64,000 nucleotides of DNA from Gemmatimonadaceae bacterium (GTDB lineage Bacteria > Gemmatimonadota > Gemmatimonadetes > Gemmatimonadales > Gemmatimonadaceae). Positions within the stretch are counted from its first letter, which is position 1; each line of letters begins with the position of its first letter. The stretch is from assembly GCA_035765135.1 (NCBI GenBank), contig DASTYE010000118.1, positions 13,477-77,476 on the forward strand. The letters are read 5' to 3'. A program made the translations under genes and the position numbers. The notes beneath the pieces are model-generated. The model was given only the letters and a program-made list of their open reading frames with translations. It did not search any database and was not told the origin of the DNA. This document shows, piece after piece, positions 27,788 through 36,665 of this stretch.

Positions 27788-28441
27788 CTAACGCCAGATG
27801 AACAGCTTGCCGATCACCTGGCCCAGTGCCTTGCCGACGACGCCCAGTGGGCCGAGCACGATCCGCCGGTTCAGCGTGACCGACAGCTGAGAGAGCGCGA
27901 CGGAGCTCTGTAGCGCCTTGAGCTGACCCTCGAGGCTGTCGAGCTCCGCCTGAACGCGAGTGAGCTCGGCCTGCGCCGCGACCGCGTCAGCGACGGTGGT
28001 CGCCCGGCTCAACAGCTCCCGAAGCTTGTCGCGCGCCGCGCGAAAGCTCGTGACGCGTGCCTCCAGATCCACCGATTGCTCGGTGACGTCCTGCGCGGAC
28101 AGGCTGCGGCTCGTGACTTTCCCGAGCAGCGCGATCGAATCGAGCGCCTCATCGAGCCTGGCGGAGGGGACTCGCAGTATCACTTGTGCGGACCTGTCCC
28201 CCCGCGTCGTCGCGTTTTCGACGTAGCCCTCGAACACATCGGCGAGGCGTGTGGCCCGCTCTACGGCAGGGGCAATCGTCTCTACCTCCAGCTCCATCGA
28301 CGCTCGTCGAACGACCACTCGCGGCTGCTGCTGCGTCCGTGCGACGGCCTCGCTGGCCGTGACAGCCTGCAATGAAACACCCTGCCGTGCGGAGGAGCAG
28401 GCCAACCCGAGGGCGAGCGTACAGATGAGGAGATAACGCAT
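27788..28441 (-). CDS. DUF4349-like lipoprotein
   Basis: Lipobox LGLAC. The MELEVE...RLADVFEGYVE...ILRVPSARLDEALDSIALLGKV...DVTEQSVDLEARV pattern is typical of DUF4349. C-terminal hydrophobic anchor. Confidence 0.55.
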   Translation of the reverse strand: MRYLLICTLALGLACSSARQGVSLQAVTASEAVARTQQQPRVVVRRASMELEVETIAPAVERATRLADVFEGYVENATTRGDRSAQVILRVPSARLDEALDSIALLGKVTSRSLSAQDVTEQSVDLEARVTSFRAARDKLRELLSRATTVADAVAAQAELTRVQAELDSLEGQLKALQSSVALSQLSVTLNRRIVLGPLGVVGKALGQVIGKLFIWR

Positions 28442-28445
28442 TCGG

Positions 28446-30011
28446 TTACCGGGTAGGTGCGCCGGTGGTCGCGATCATCCGGCGAATAGGGATCACGAGG
28501 AGCGCCAGCACCGCGGCCGCCACCATGAGCCCAACCGTCGTCATGATGAACAGCCTCGGTATCTGGTCGAGCTGCTCGGGGTCAATGTGTCCGCCAGCAA
28601 GGCCAGCGATCAGGTTGCCGACCGCCGTCGCCAGGAACCAAATGCCCATCATCTGGCCCACGTACTTCCTCGGCGACAGCTTCGTCATCGATGACAGCCC
28701 GACGGGGCTCAGGAGCAGCTCTCCAAGTGTCTGGAAGAAGTAGCTGCCGACGAGCCACCAGGGAGACACGAGCGTGCCGGCTCCGCCGGCGAGGATGATC
28801 TTCGCGGGCCAGATCATCATCAGAAAACCCACGCCGGCGAGGAAGAGCCCCAGGGCGAATTTCGCCGGACTGGAAAAGTCAAACCCTCGCCGTGCGAGCG
28901 TCATCCACATCGCCGCGAACACCGGCGCCAGCAGCACGATGAAGGCGGAGTTGATCGACTGGAACCAGGTCGACGGCACCTCGAACCCGCCGATCTGGCG
29001 ATCGGTGAAGTCTCTCGCGAACAAGTTGAGCGACGTCGGCGCCTGCTCGAACGCCGCCCAGAAGACGGCGGCGCCGAGGAACAGCACGAAGATGACGACG
29101 ACACGTTTCTTCTCGTCGCTCGTGAGGCCGCCGCCGATGAAGATGTAGGAGAAGTACAGCACTGCGGTTCCCACGAGGACGTAGGTCATCGATTCCGCGA
29201 TCGCCGACGCGCTCACCACCACTACACCCGTCGCCACGAGTAGGATCGCGAGTGCGAGGATACCAACGCCAACCGCAAGCGTGAGCTTGACGTTCCGCTC
29301 CTGGCGTGCCTGGCGAGCCTCATCGGGATCCCGGGTGGGGTGCACGCCAATCGAGCCCAGTGTCTTCGGTGCGCGTAGCGTGTACACGATGAGTCCGAGC
29401 AGCATCCCGACGCCCGCCGCGCCGAATCCCCAGTGCCAGCCGACCTTCTCGCCTAACACACCGGTGACGATCTGTCCGACGGTAGCGCCGACGTTGATAC
29501 CCATGTAGAAGATCGCGAATCCGGCGTCCCGTCGCGCACCGCCTTCCGGATACAGATCGCCGACGATCGCCGAAATGTTCGGCTTCAGCAGCCCCGTTCC
29601 CAGCACGATCAAGATGAGGCCGAGGAAGAAGGGAAGCTGCGTGCGTGCGAAGGCCGACGTCGCGATGGCGATATGTCCGGCGGAGATGAGCGCCGCGCCC
29701 CATTGAATCGCGCGGCGCAATCCGAGCAGGCGGTCGGCGACCCACCCACCGGGCAGTGACGCGAGATACACGCTGGCGGCGTAAATCCCGACGATGGCCG
29801 ACGCGGTCGTGCGGTCGAATCCGAATCCGCCGGTGGTGAGCGCCGCCGTCATGAACAGCACGAGGAGTGGGCGCAGCCCGTAGTACGAGAAGCGCTCCCA
29901 CATCTCCGTGAAGAAGAGCGTCGACAACCCTTTGGGGTGTCCGAAGAAGCTGCGATCGCCCGAGGGTGGCAGATCGAGCGTGGTCGCGCGCTCGTTGACG
30001 GATGACGTCAC
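28446..30011 (-). CDS. POT/PTR2-family di/tripeptide:proton symporter
   Basis: FFGHPKGLSTLFFTEMWERFSYYGLRPLLVLFM is the PTR2 signature, with multiple TM helices. The ORF is open to 30104. The GTG at 30011 avoids overlap with the upstream ATPase gene. Confidence 0.8.
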   Translation of the reverse strand: MTSSVNERATTLDLPPSGDRSFFGHPKGLSTLFFTEMWERFSYYGLRPLLVLFMTAALTTGGFGFDRTTASAIVGIYAASVYLASLPGGWVADRLLGLRRAIQWGAALISAGHIAIATSAFARTQLPFFLGLILIVLGTGLLKPNISAIVGDLYPEGGARRDAGFAIFYMGINVGATVGQIVTGVLGEKVGWHWGFGAAGVGMLLGLIVYTLRAPKTLGSIGVHPTRDPDEARQARQERNVKLTLAVGVGILALAILLVATGVVVVSASAIAESMTYVLVGTAVLYFSYIFIGGGLTSDEKKRVVVIFVLFLGAAVFWAAFEQAPTSLNLFARDFTDRQIGGFEVPSTWFQSINSAFIVLLAPVFAAMWMTLARRGFDFSSPAKFALGLFLAGVGFLMMIWPAKIILAGGAGTLVSPWWLVGSYFFQTLGELLLSPVGLSSMTKLSPRKYVGQMMGIWFLATAVGNLIAGLAGGHIDPEQLDQIPRLFIMTTVGLMVAAAVLALLVIPIRRMIATTGAPTR

Positions 30012-30036
30012 GGGAAGTCCTCGGCTCGGGTCAGGG

Positions 30037-31104
30037 TCAGCTGCGCGGGGTGGCGAGCGCCAACGGAACGTAACGATCGGGCGCGTTCGTCGCGCCGGCG
30101 GCACGCTGCTCGTCCCAGCCGATGCGCGTCGGCAGCTGCTTGATGCACGCGACGAGATGGCCCTCGGCCTTCATCTCCAGCGGCGGCCTGATCCGCGTGC
30201 AGGCGATGTCCTTCGCGGGATGATGACACCTCGGATGAAACGGGCAGCCCGGTGGGGGGTCGGCGGGTGAAGGCACGTCTCCGGTCAGCACGATACGCGT
30301 CTTGCGCTTGCGCGGATCGGGAATGGGAACCGCCGAGAGCAGCGCCTGCGTGTAGGGCATGAGGGGCTCGGCGTACAAGTCGTCGCCTGACGCGAGCTCG
30401 ACGATATGTCCGAGGTACATCACCGCGACGCGGTTGGCGATGTGCTCGACGACCGACAGATCGTGCGCGATGAAGAGGTAGGTCAGCCCGCGATCCCGCT
30501 GCAGATCCTGGAGCAGGTTGATCACCTGCGCCTGAACGGACACGTCGAGCGCGGACACCGGCTCATCACAGACGATGAAACGCGGCTGCACCGCGAGCGC
30601 GCGGGCGATGCCGATGCGCTGGCGCTGGCCTCCGGAGAATTCGTGAGGATAGCGGGTCGCGTATTCCGCGCGAAGGCCGACTTCCTCGAGGAGCTGCTTG
30701 ACGCGTGCCTGCGCGGCTGCGCCCTCGGCGAGCCGATGGATCGTCAATCCCTCGCGCACGATCGCCCCGACGGTCATCCGCGGATTGAGCGATGAGAAGG
30801 GATCCTGAAACACGATCTGCATCTGGCGTCGCAGCGCGCGCAGTCGCGCGGCATCGAGGGCGAGCACGTCGGTCCCGTCGAACGTGACCTGGCCAGACGT
30901 CGGCTCGATCAGGCGAAGGATGGCGCGTCCCGCCGTCGTCTTGCCGCACCCCGATTCGCCGACGAGCCCAAGCGTCTCACCGCTCTTCACATCGAAGGAG
31001 ATGCCGTCCACCGCGCGCACCTGCCCGACGGTGCGTCCAAACACACCGCGGGTGATCGGGAAATGCTTGACGAGGTCGCGAACGGACAGCAGGGAAGCGC
31101 TCAC
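30037..31104 (-). CDS. oligopeptide/dipeptide ABC transporter ATP-binding protein (OppF/DppF-like)
   Basis: Walker [10 protein letters not shown], signature [15 protein letters not shown], Walker [13 protein letters not shown], and a C-terminal oligopeptide-type extension with Cys/His. GTGA overlap with the upstream gene. Confidence 0.85.
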   Translation of the reverse strand: MSASLLSVRDLVKHFPITRGVFGRTVGQVRAVDGISFDVKSGETLGLVGESGCGKTTAGRAILRLIEPTSGQVTFDGTDVLALDAARLRALRRQMQIVFQDPFSSLNPRMTVGAIVREGLTIHRLAEGAAAQARVKQLLEEVGLRAEYATRYPHEFSGGQRQRIGIARALAVQPRFIVCDEPVSALDVSVQAQVINLLQDLQRDRGLTYLFIAHDLSVVEHIANRVAVMYLGHIVELASGDDLYAEPLMPYTQALLSAVPIPDPRKRKTRIVLTGDVPSPADPPPGCPFHPRCHHPAKDIACTRIRPPLEMKAEGHLVACIKQLPTRIGWDEQRAAGATNAPDRYVPLALATPRS

Positions 31105-32144
31105 CGCCGTTCTCCGACGCGATCCTCTGATCCCGTGATCACGCGGCGATGCTCCGGCTCCTCAGCGAGAAAACAGCGCGACCAGTGCGATGGGCCGACC
31201 TCGAACAGCGGAGGGTGCTCGCGCTCCGGGCGCTCCCAGGCGTAGGGGCACCGGTCGTGAAATCGGCATCCGGGGGGCCAGTGCGTGGGCGCCGGTACCG
31301 TCCCCGGAATGACGGCGAGACGGGTTCGCGCGGCGCCGAGTGTGGGCATCGCGGCGAGCAGGCCTTCGGTGTACGGGTGGTGAGGGTGCGCGAACAGATC
31401 GCCCACCGATGCCTGCTCGACGATCTCACCCGCGTACATGACGAGCACGCGCTGCGCCACCTCGGCGATGACACCGAGATCGTGGGTGATGAGGATGATC
31501 GACATCGCGAACCGCTCCTGAATGTTCTGGAGCAGCTCGAGGATTTGCGCCTGGATCGTGACATCGAGCGCCGTGGTCGGCTCGTCGGCGATGAGCAGCG
31601 ATGGATTCATCATGAGCGCCATCGCGATCATGACTCGCTGGCGCATCCCACCGGACAGCTGGTGCGGATACTCCTTCGCGCGCTCCGCGGGCGAGGGAAT
31701 CCCGGTGAGCTGAAGCATCTCGACGGCGCGGTCCCATGCCTCACGACGCGACGCGTTCGCGTGCACGCGCGCGACTTCGGCGATCTGCTCGCCGACCGTG
31801 AACACCGGGTTGAGCGACGTCATCGGCTCCTGGAAGATCATCGCGACTCGATTCCCCCGTATGCGACGCATTTCGTGCTCGGGAAGCTCGAGCAGGTTGC
31901 GTCCTTCGAGCTCGACACGGCTGCCGGCCTCGATCACTCCGGGCGCTCGGATGAGCCGCATGATCGAGAGCGACGTCACCGACTTGCCGCACCCCGACTC
32001 ACCGACGATCCCAATGGTTTCGCGCGGCATCACATCGAACGAGACCCCATCGACCGCGCGGGCGATACCGGCGTCGGTGTGGAAGTACGTCCTGAGATCG
32101 CGAACGGAGAGGAGGGCCTGGGGCCGTGTGTCGGGGGCCGTCAT
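31101..32144 (-). CDS. oligopeptide/dipeptide ABC transporter ATP-binding protein (OppD/DppD-like)
   Basis: Walker [10 protein letters not shown], signature [15 protein letters not shown] and Walker [13 protein letters not shown]. The true start is [14 protein letters not shown] at 32144 (ATGA overlap with the permease stop). The longer ORF to 32585 is an out-of-frame overlap artefact. Confidence 0.85.
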   Translation of the reverse strand: MTAPDTRPQALLSVRDLRTYFHTDAGIARAVDGVSFDVMPRETIGIVGESGCGKSVTSLSIMRLIRAPGVIEAGSRVELEGRNLLELPEHEMRRIRGNRVAMIFQEPMTSLNPVFTVGEQIAEVARVHANASRREAWDRAVEMLQLTGIPSPAERAKEYPHQLSGGMRQRVMIAMALMMNPSLLIADEPTTALDVTIQAQILELLQNIQERFAMSIILITHDLGVIAEVAQRVLVMYAGEIVEQASVGDLFAHPHHPYTEGLLAAMPTLGAARTRLAVIPGTVPAPTHWPPGCRFHDRCPYAWERPEREHPPLFEVGPSHWSRCFLAEEPEHRRVITGSEDRVGERR

Positions 32145-33085
32145 GCGGGCTGAATCTCCCTCGGGTCGAGCGCATCCCGCAAGGCATCGCCCACGATGTT
32201 GCACGCCATCACCGTCGCCACGATGGCGAGCCCCGGGAAAAGGGAGATCCACCACAGTCCGGCGTAGTCGGCGGATGCATCCGAGATGATGTTGCCCCAG
32301 CTCGCGGTCGGCTGCCGAACGCCGACGCCCAGAAACGAGAGCCCGGCCTCGAGGGTGATGACGTTGCCGATGCCGAGGGTCGCCGCGACGACGATGGTCG
32401 ACGTCACCCCGGGGAGAATGTGTCGCAGGAGTATTCGCCGGCCCCGCGCGCCGAGCGCGTGTGCGGCGAGCACCATGTCCTCGGCCTTCAGCGCCAGCAC
32501 CTGTGCGCGTACGAGGCGGCTCGTGCCGAACCACCCGGTGAGACCGAGGATGAGCACGAGCGCGCCGAGTGAGACGCGCCCCCACAGCGCGAGGATCGCC
32601 AGAAGAATGAGAATGCGGGGGATCGACAGCAGCGCGTCGATAATGCGCATCATGACCGCGTCTGCGCGCCCTCCGATGTATCCGGCGATCGCGCCATACG
32701 TGGTGCCGACGGTGATCGACACGGCGACCGCCAGCAGGGCGATCGAGAGCGAGATGCGTGCGCCATAGACGACGCGACTGAGGACATCGCGGCTATAAAT
32801 GTCGGTCCCGAACGGATAGGCCAGGCTGGGCGGACGCGACGCGAGCGCAATGATGTCGAGCTGGTCGTTTGGATCGAATGGGGCGAGCCAGCGGGCGAGC
32901 AGGGCGACGGCGGCCACGAACAGGATGAACCCCAGACCGAGCATTCCGCCTCGGTTCCGTCGGAGTCGATTGAACGCGGTGCCCCACGGGCCTCCGCTCG
33001 TCCCGGCGCTCGCCCACACTCGGGAGATGGCCGCCGTCGCGAGGATCGCGACCGCGAGGGGGACCAGCCAGCTCGCCAGCGTCAT
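32141..33085 (-). CDS. peptide ABC transporter permease (OppC/DppC-like)
   Basis: Six-TM BPD-type permease with an EAA-like loop ([28 protein letters not shown]). Confidence 0.8.
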   Translation of the reverse strand: MTLASWLVPLAVAILATAAISRVWASAGTSGGPWGTAFNRLRRNRGGMLGLGFILFVAAVALLARWLAPFDPNDQLDIIALASRPPSLAYPFGTDIYSRDVLSRVVYGARISLSIALLAVAVSITVGTTYGAIAGYIGGRADAVMMRIIDALLSIPRILILLAILALWGRVSLGALVLILGLTGWFGTSRLVRAQVLALKAEDMVLAAHALGARGRRILLRHILPGVTSTIVVAATLGIGNVITLEAGLSFLGVGVRQPTASWGNIISDASADYAGLWWISLFPGLAIVATVMACNIVGDALRDALDPREIQPA

Positions 33086-33089
33086 GCGC

Positions 33090-34067
33090 TCATCGCGCGT
33101 GATCCCTGAGGCGCGGGTCAGCCACCATGTACAGCAGGTCGGCCATGAGGCTGCCTAACGTCACGAGGACGCTTCCGAGCACCACGATCGCCATCACCAG
33201 CGCGTGATCGCGCGCCGCGATCGCCCCGACCACGAGCCGCCCCATCCCCGGCCAGGCGAACACCTGCTCGATGAACACCGTCCCGCCCACGAGGTGCGGC
33301 AACGAGAGGCCAAGGAGCGTGATCACCGGGAGCAGGGCGTTCCGCAGGATGTGCCGCCAGAGCACTGCACGCTCCGGGAGCCCCTTCGCTCGCGCGGTCC
33401 GCACGAAGTCCTGCGTCGCGACGTCGAGGAGCGCGGCGCGCTGATAGCGCGCGATGATCGCTGCCGTCAGCAGGACGAGAGTGGCTGTCGGGAGGATGAG
33501 ATGTGCGAGGCGGTCGCGCACCTTGCCGGCGAGGGACATGTAGTCGTACAGCACCGGGGTCGTCATCCCGGACGTCGGGAAGATCGGCAGCCAGTACGCG
33601 AAGACCAGCATCGCCATGATGGCGAGCCAGAACTCGGGCATCGAGTAGAAGAACAGGGTCCCCGCGCCTAACGCGCGATCCGCGACCGATCCCCGTCGTC
33701 CTGCGCGTACGACTCCGGTGGCGATGCCGAGGAGGAACGCGCCGAGCAGGCCGACCCCCATGAGGAGCAGCGTGCGCGGCACCGCCTCGGCGATGGCGTC
33801 GATCACCGGACGGCTCTGCGAGAACGACCACCCGAGGTCCCCGCGCGCGACATTGCGCAGGTAGAGCACGTACTGCTCGTGCATTGGACGGTCGAGCCCC
33901 CAGCGCGCTCGCCACCGCTCGCGCACCTCCGGCGGGATGCGCGGGTTGTCGATCATGTTGCTAAACGGGTCACCCGGCGCCAGCTGCACCAGCAGGAACG
34001 TGGCCGTCGCCGAGATCGCGACGATGACGACGGCCTGGAGCAGCCGGCGGGCGACCAGGGCCCGCAT
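33090..34067 (-). CDS. peptide ABC transporter permease (OppB/DppB-like)
   Basis: MRALVARRLLQAVVIVAISATATFLLVQLAPGDP N-terminus and the DFVRTARAKGLPERAVLWRHILRNALLPVIT EAA loop. Confidence 0.8.
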   Translation of the reverse strand: MRALVARRLLQAVVIVAISATATFLLVQLAPGDPFSNMIDNPRIPPEVRERWRARWGLDRPMHEQYVLYLRNVARGDLGWSFSQSRPVIDAIAEAVPRTLLLMGVGLLGAFLLGIATGVVRAGRRGSVADRALGAGTLFFYSMPEFWLAIMAMLVFAYWLPIFPTSGMTTPVLYDYMSLAGKVRDRLAHLILPTATLVLLTAAIIARYQRAALLDVATQDFVRTARAKGLPERAVLWRHILRNALLPVITLLGLSLPHLVGGTVFIEQVFAWPGMGRLVVGAIAARDHALVMAIVVLGSVLVTLGSLMADLLYMVADPRLRDHAR

Positions 34068-34070
34068 GCG

Positions 34071-35741
34071 TTACTGGGCTGAGGCTGGGCGCAGCCCGAT
34101 ATTGTCCCGCGGGATGCGCTCGTTCCGCGGGATGTGCCACTCGTGGATGCGCGTCCACCAGGCGTCCGGTCGCATGGTCGCGACCTTGATCCGCCGGTGG
34201 TGCCCCGCTGCGTTCACCGGCTCATAGAGCCAGATCGCCGGCGCGTCAGCGATGATCGTCTCGTAGGCGCGGTGGTAGTGCTGATTCGCGCGCTGCGCGT
34301 CCATCGATGAGGCTGCGCTGTCGACGTACGCGTCGAAGGCCGGATTTTCGTACGACCCGAAGTTCACGCCGTCCTTCACGGAGGCGATCCCCCACGTCTG
34401 GATGATGCTCGACGGCGTCGGATCCGTGCGCCACGCCTGCATCGCGGCATCCCAGCGCTTGCGCGCCAGCAGCTCCTGGAACGCGCGAAGCTCCATGTGG
34501 TCGAGCTCGACGCGAGCGCCGACGTCGCGGAGCATCGCCTGCAGCACGACCGAGAACTGCATTCGCGTCTGACTCGACGTCGGCGCCGCAAGCGAGAACC
34601 GGAGCTGCCGGCCGCCTTTCTCCCGAATGCCATCGTTGTTCGTGTCGCGCCATCCGAGTGAGTCGAGCAGGCGTTTGGCACCTTCAGGATCGTAGCCGAT
34701 CGACGTCAGCCTCGAGGTGTCGCCGAAGAGATGCGCTCTCGGCAGCGGTCCTACGGCGACGAACCCGAATTCACCGAGCACGTTCCTGACTGCCTTCTCT
34801 CGATCGACGGCCATCGACAGTGCGCGCCGCACACCCGCATCGCCGAAGATCGGGTGGGGACGCGCGCTGTTCCGCGGGTCACGCAGGTTGAACCACATGA
34901 ATCCGTAGTCGAGCGATCCATAGCGCGCGATGGTGAGCTCGGGGCGGCTCTTGATCGTCTCGATGTTCTCCGGACGGAGATACTCAATGAAATCCGCCTC
35001 CCCCGCGAACAGGCGCGCCGCCGACGTGTTGAAATCCGGAGCAATCGTCCAGAGGATGCGGTCGAGGTTGGGGCGGCCGCGATAGTGCGCGGTGTTGGCA
35101 ACGACCTCGACGAGAGAACCCGGCTCCCAGCGGACGAACTTGAAGCGCCCACTCCCCACCGGCGATCGGACCACGGGCGACGTCGTGTACTCCGAGCGCT
35201 TCACCTGGCCGAGCCAATGCTCCGGGTGAATGCGGACCTGGAACGCGGCGTCGAGAAACTGCTCGGGGTAGCGCTGCTTGTACCACACGACCGCGGTGAG
35301 CGAGTCGCGAACCGTCACCGAGTCGATTCGCGCGAGCAGCGGCGCCACCGACGATCCGACTTCGGGATCCTTGTGAATGTCGAAGCTGAACGCCACGTCA
35401 CGCGCGGTCACCGGCTTGCCGTCGTGCCACCTCGCATCCGGATGGATCTTGAACGCGATCGAGAGTGAATCGGGCGACCACGTCCAGCTCTCGGCCAGCT
35501 CCGGGACGAACCCGGCGTCGCCCCGCGTGTTCATTTCATCACCGGGCTCGGCGAGACGCTCGAAGATGATGTCGGCCACCTGATTTCCCGCGACGCTCGT
35601 CGTCGTGATCGGCAGCAGCGCGTCGGGCTCGGCGCCGACGCTGATGATCATGGTGCCGCCGGCGTCGCCGCCTCGCCGATCACCGGGGCGGCACGCGACG
35701 AAGGTGCAGAGGACGAGGGCGAGGAGGGCGCGGGAGAGCAT
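34071..35741 (-). CDS. ABC transporter substrate-binding protein, family 5 (peptide/nickel)
   Basis: ATG at 35741 gives the signal/lipobox MLSRALLALVLCTFVAC. The SBP_bac_5-like body begins LAESWTWSPDSLSIAFKIHPDARWHDGKPVTARDVAFS. The ORF is open to 35951. Confidence 0.8.
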   Translation of the reverse strand: MLSRALLALVLCTFVACRPGDRRGGDAGGTMIISVGAEPDALLPITTTSVAGNQVADIIFERLAEPGDEMNTRGDAGFVPELAESWTWSPDSLSIAFKIHPDARWHDGKPVTARDVAFSFDIHKDPEVGSSVAPLLARIDSVTVRDSLTAVVWYKQRYPEQFLDAAFQVRIHPEHWLGQVKRSEYTTSPVVRSPVGSGRFKFVRWEPGSLVEVVANTAHYRGRPNLDRILWTIAPDFNTSAARLFAGEADFIEYLRPENIETIKSRPELTIARYGSLDYGFMWFNLRDPRNSARPHPIFGDAGVRRALSMAVDREKAVRNVLGEFGFVAVGPLPRAHLFGDTSRLTSIGYDPEGAKRLLDSLGWRDTNNDGIREKGGRQLRFSLAAPTSSQTRMQFSVVLQAMLRDVGARVELDHMELRAFQELLARKRWDAAMQAWRTDPTPSSIIQTWGIASVKDGVNFGSYENPAFDAYVDSAASSMDAQRANQHYHRAYETIIADAPAIWLYEPVNAAGHHRRIKVATMRPDAWWTRIHEWHIPRNERIPRDNIGLRPASAQ

Positions 35742-35814
35742 GGGCGGGTGGGTGATGGAAACGCGGCAACGATGGGTGGCGTCGCGACGCGACGTCAAGG
35801 CAGGAACGACTGCG

Positions 35815-36642
35815 TCACCGCCGCCACGTCCAGTCGGCGACGGCGTATCGGGTACGAATGAGTGATTGGACGTCGCTGAGCAACCCCTGGTCCGGCTCCA
35901 GTGGCGTCGGCGCGATTCCACCGTGGGTGCGCAGGGCCTGAGCAAGAGCATTCGCGAAATCGTTGATCGTCACCGCGCGGCCGGTAAGGCCGCGCAGAGA
36001 CGCTGGCGGAGGTGACGTCTCGCGGTCGTGGAGAAGCTCGTTGAGCAGATGCTGATCATCGTCGACCAGGATGGAGCCGTGTTGCAGGAACGCATCTCCG
36101 TCACGCACCTGTGCGCTTCCAACGAGCTTGCGTCCCCCGGCAACGAGCTCGCCAGCCACGGGCGATTCGAAGCACGGCGCCACACCAGGACTCGGCGCGC
36201 GACCGGCTGCGGGCGCCTCGTGCGCGTCGACCCCCAGGGTACGCAATGCCTCCAGCAGCAGACGATTGATCCTGCGATACGATTCGCCGAGGGAGCCGAA
36301 GCCCGAGACCGGACCCGCGACTGCGTACGTGATCTCGCGATGATGGAGGATAGCCCGCCCGCCGGTGGGTCGCCGGACGAACGCGATTCCGCGCGACTCG
36401 GCGAGATCGAGGTCGTACCACCCTCGCGCCGCCTGATTCCGTCCCAGGGAAACGGTGGGACGCGACCACCCATATACTCGGTAGATCGTGGTTCCCGTTC
36501 GCCCGGCGCGGAGCAGCAGTGCTTCGTCGAGCGCCATGTTGGTCGCGCCATCGGCCGGCGGCGAGATTAATATCGACGCGCCCAAAGGCGCCGTCGATTC
36601 GCGCGAGCGTGCGAGGGAAGCGAGGCCGGTCGTGGATTCCAT
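35815..36642 (-). CDS. lipoate-protein ligase A / octanoyltransferase family (BPL_LplA_LipB) protein
   Basis: [24 protein letters not shown]...[17 protein letters not shown] aligns with the LplA N-terminus (LLISDSYDPWFNLAVEE...). RKLVGSAQ contains the catalytic Lys. The start is uncertain (ATG 36642 or TTG 36585). Confidence 0.65.
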   Translation of the reverse strand: MESTTGLASLARSRESTAPLGASILISPPADGATNMALDEALLLRAGRTGTTIYRVYGWSRPTVSLGRNQAARGWYDLDLAESRGIAFVRRPTGGRAILHHREITYAVAGPVSGFGSLGESYRRINRLLLEALRTLGVDAHEAPAAGRAPSPGVAPCFESPVAGELVAGGRKLVGSAQVRDGDAFLQHGSILVDDDQHLLNELLHDRETSPPPASLRGLTGRAVTINDFANALAQALRTHGGIAPTPLEPDQGLLSDVQSLIRTRYAVADWTWRR

Positions 36643-36665
36643 TGAGGTGCCGGGAAGGTAAATTC

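Noticed and set aside
32145-32585. 147-codon N-terminal extension of the OppD-like ORF
   Set aside because: The extension overlaps the OppC-like permease gene in another frame and is Arg/His-rich. The conserved ATPase N-terminus begins at the ATG at 32144, which forms an ATGA overlap with the permease stop.
36540-36665. Glycine riboswitch upstream of gcvP
   Set aside because: The conserved GGAGAG...CACCGAAGGGGCAA-type cores are absent. The gap to the divergent LplA-like gene is probably too short.
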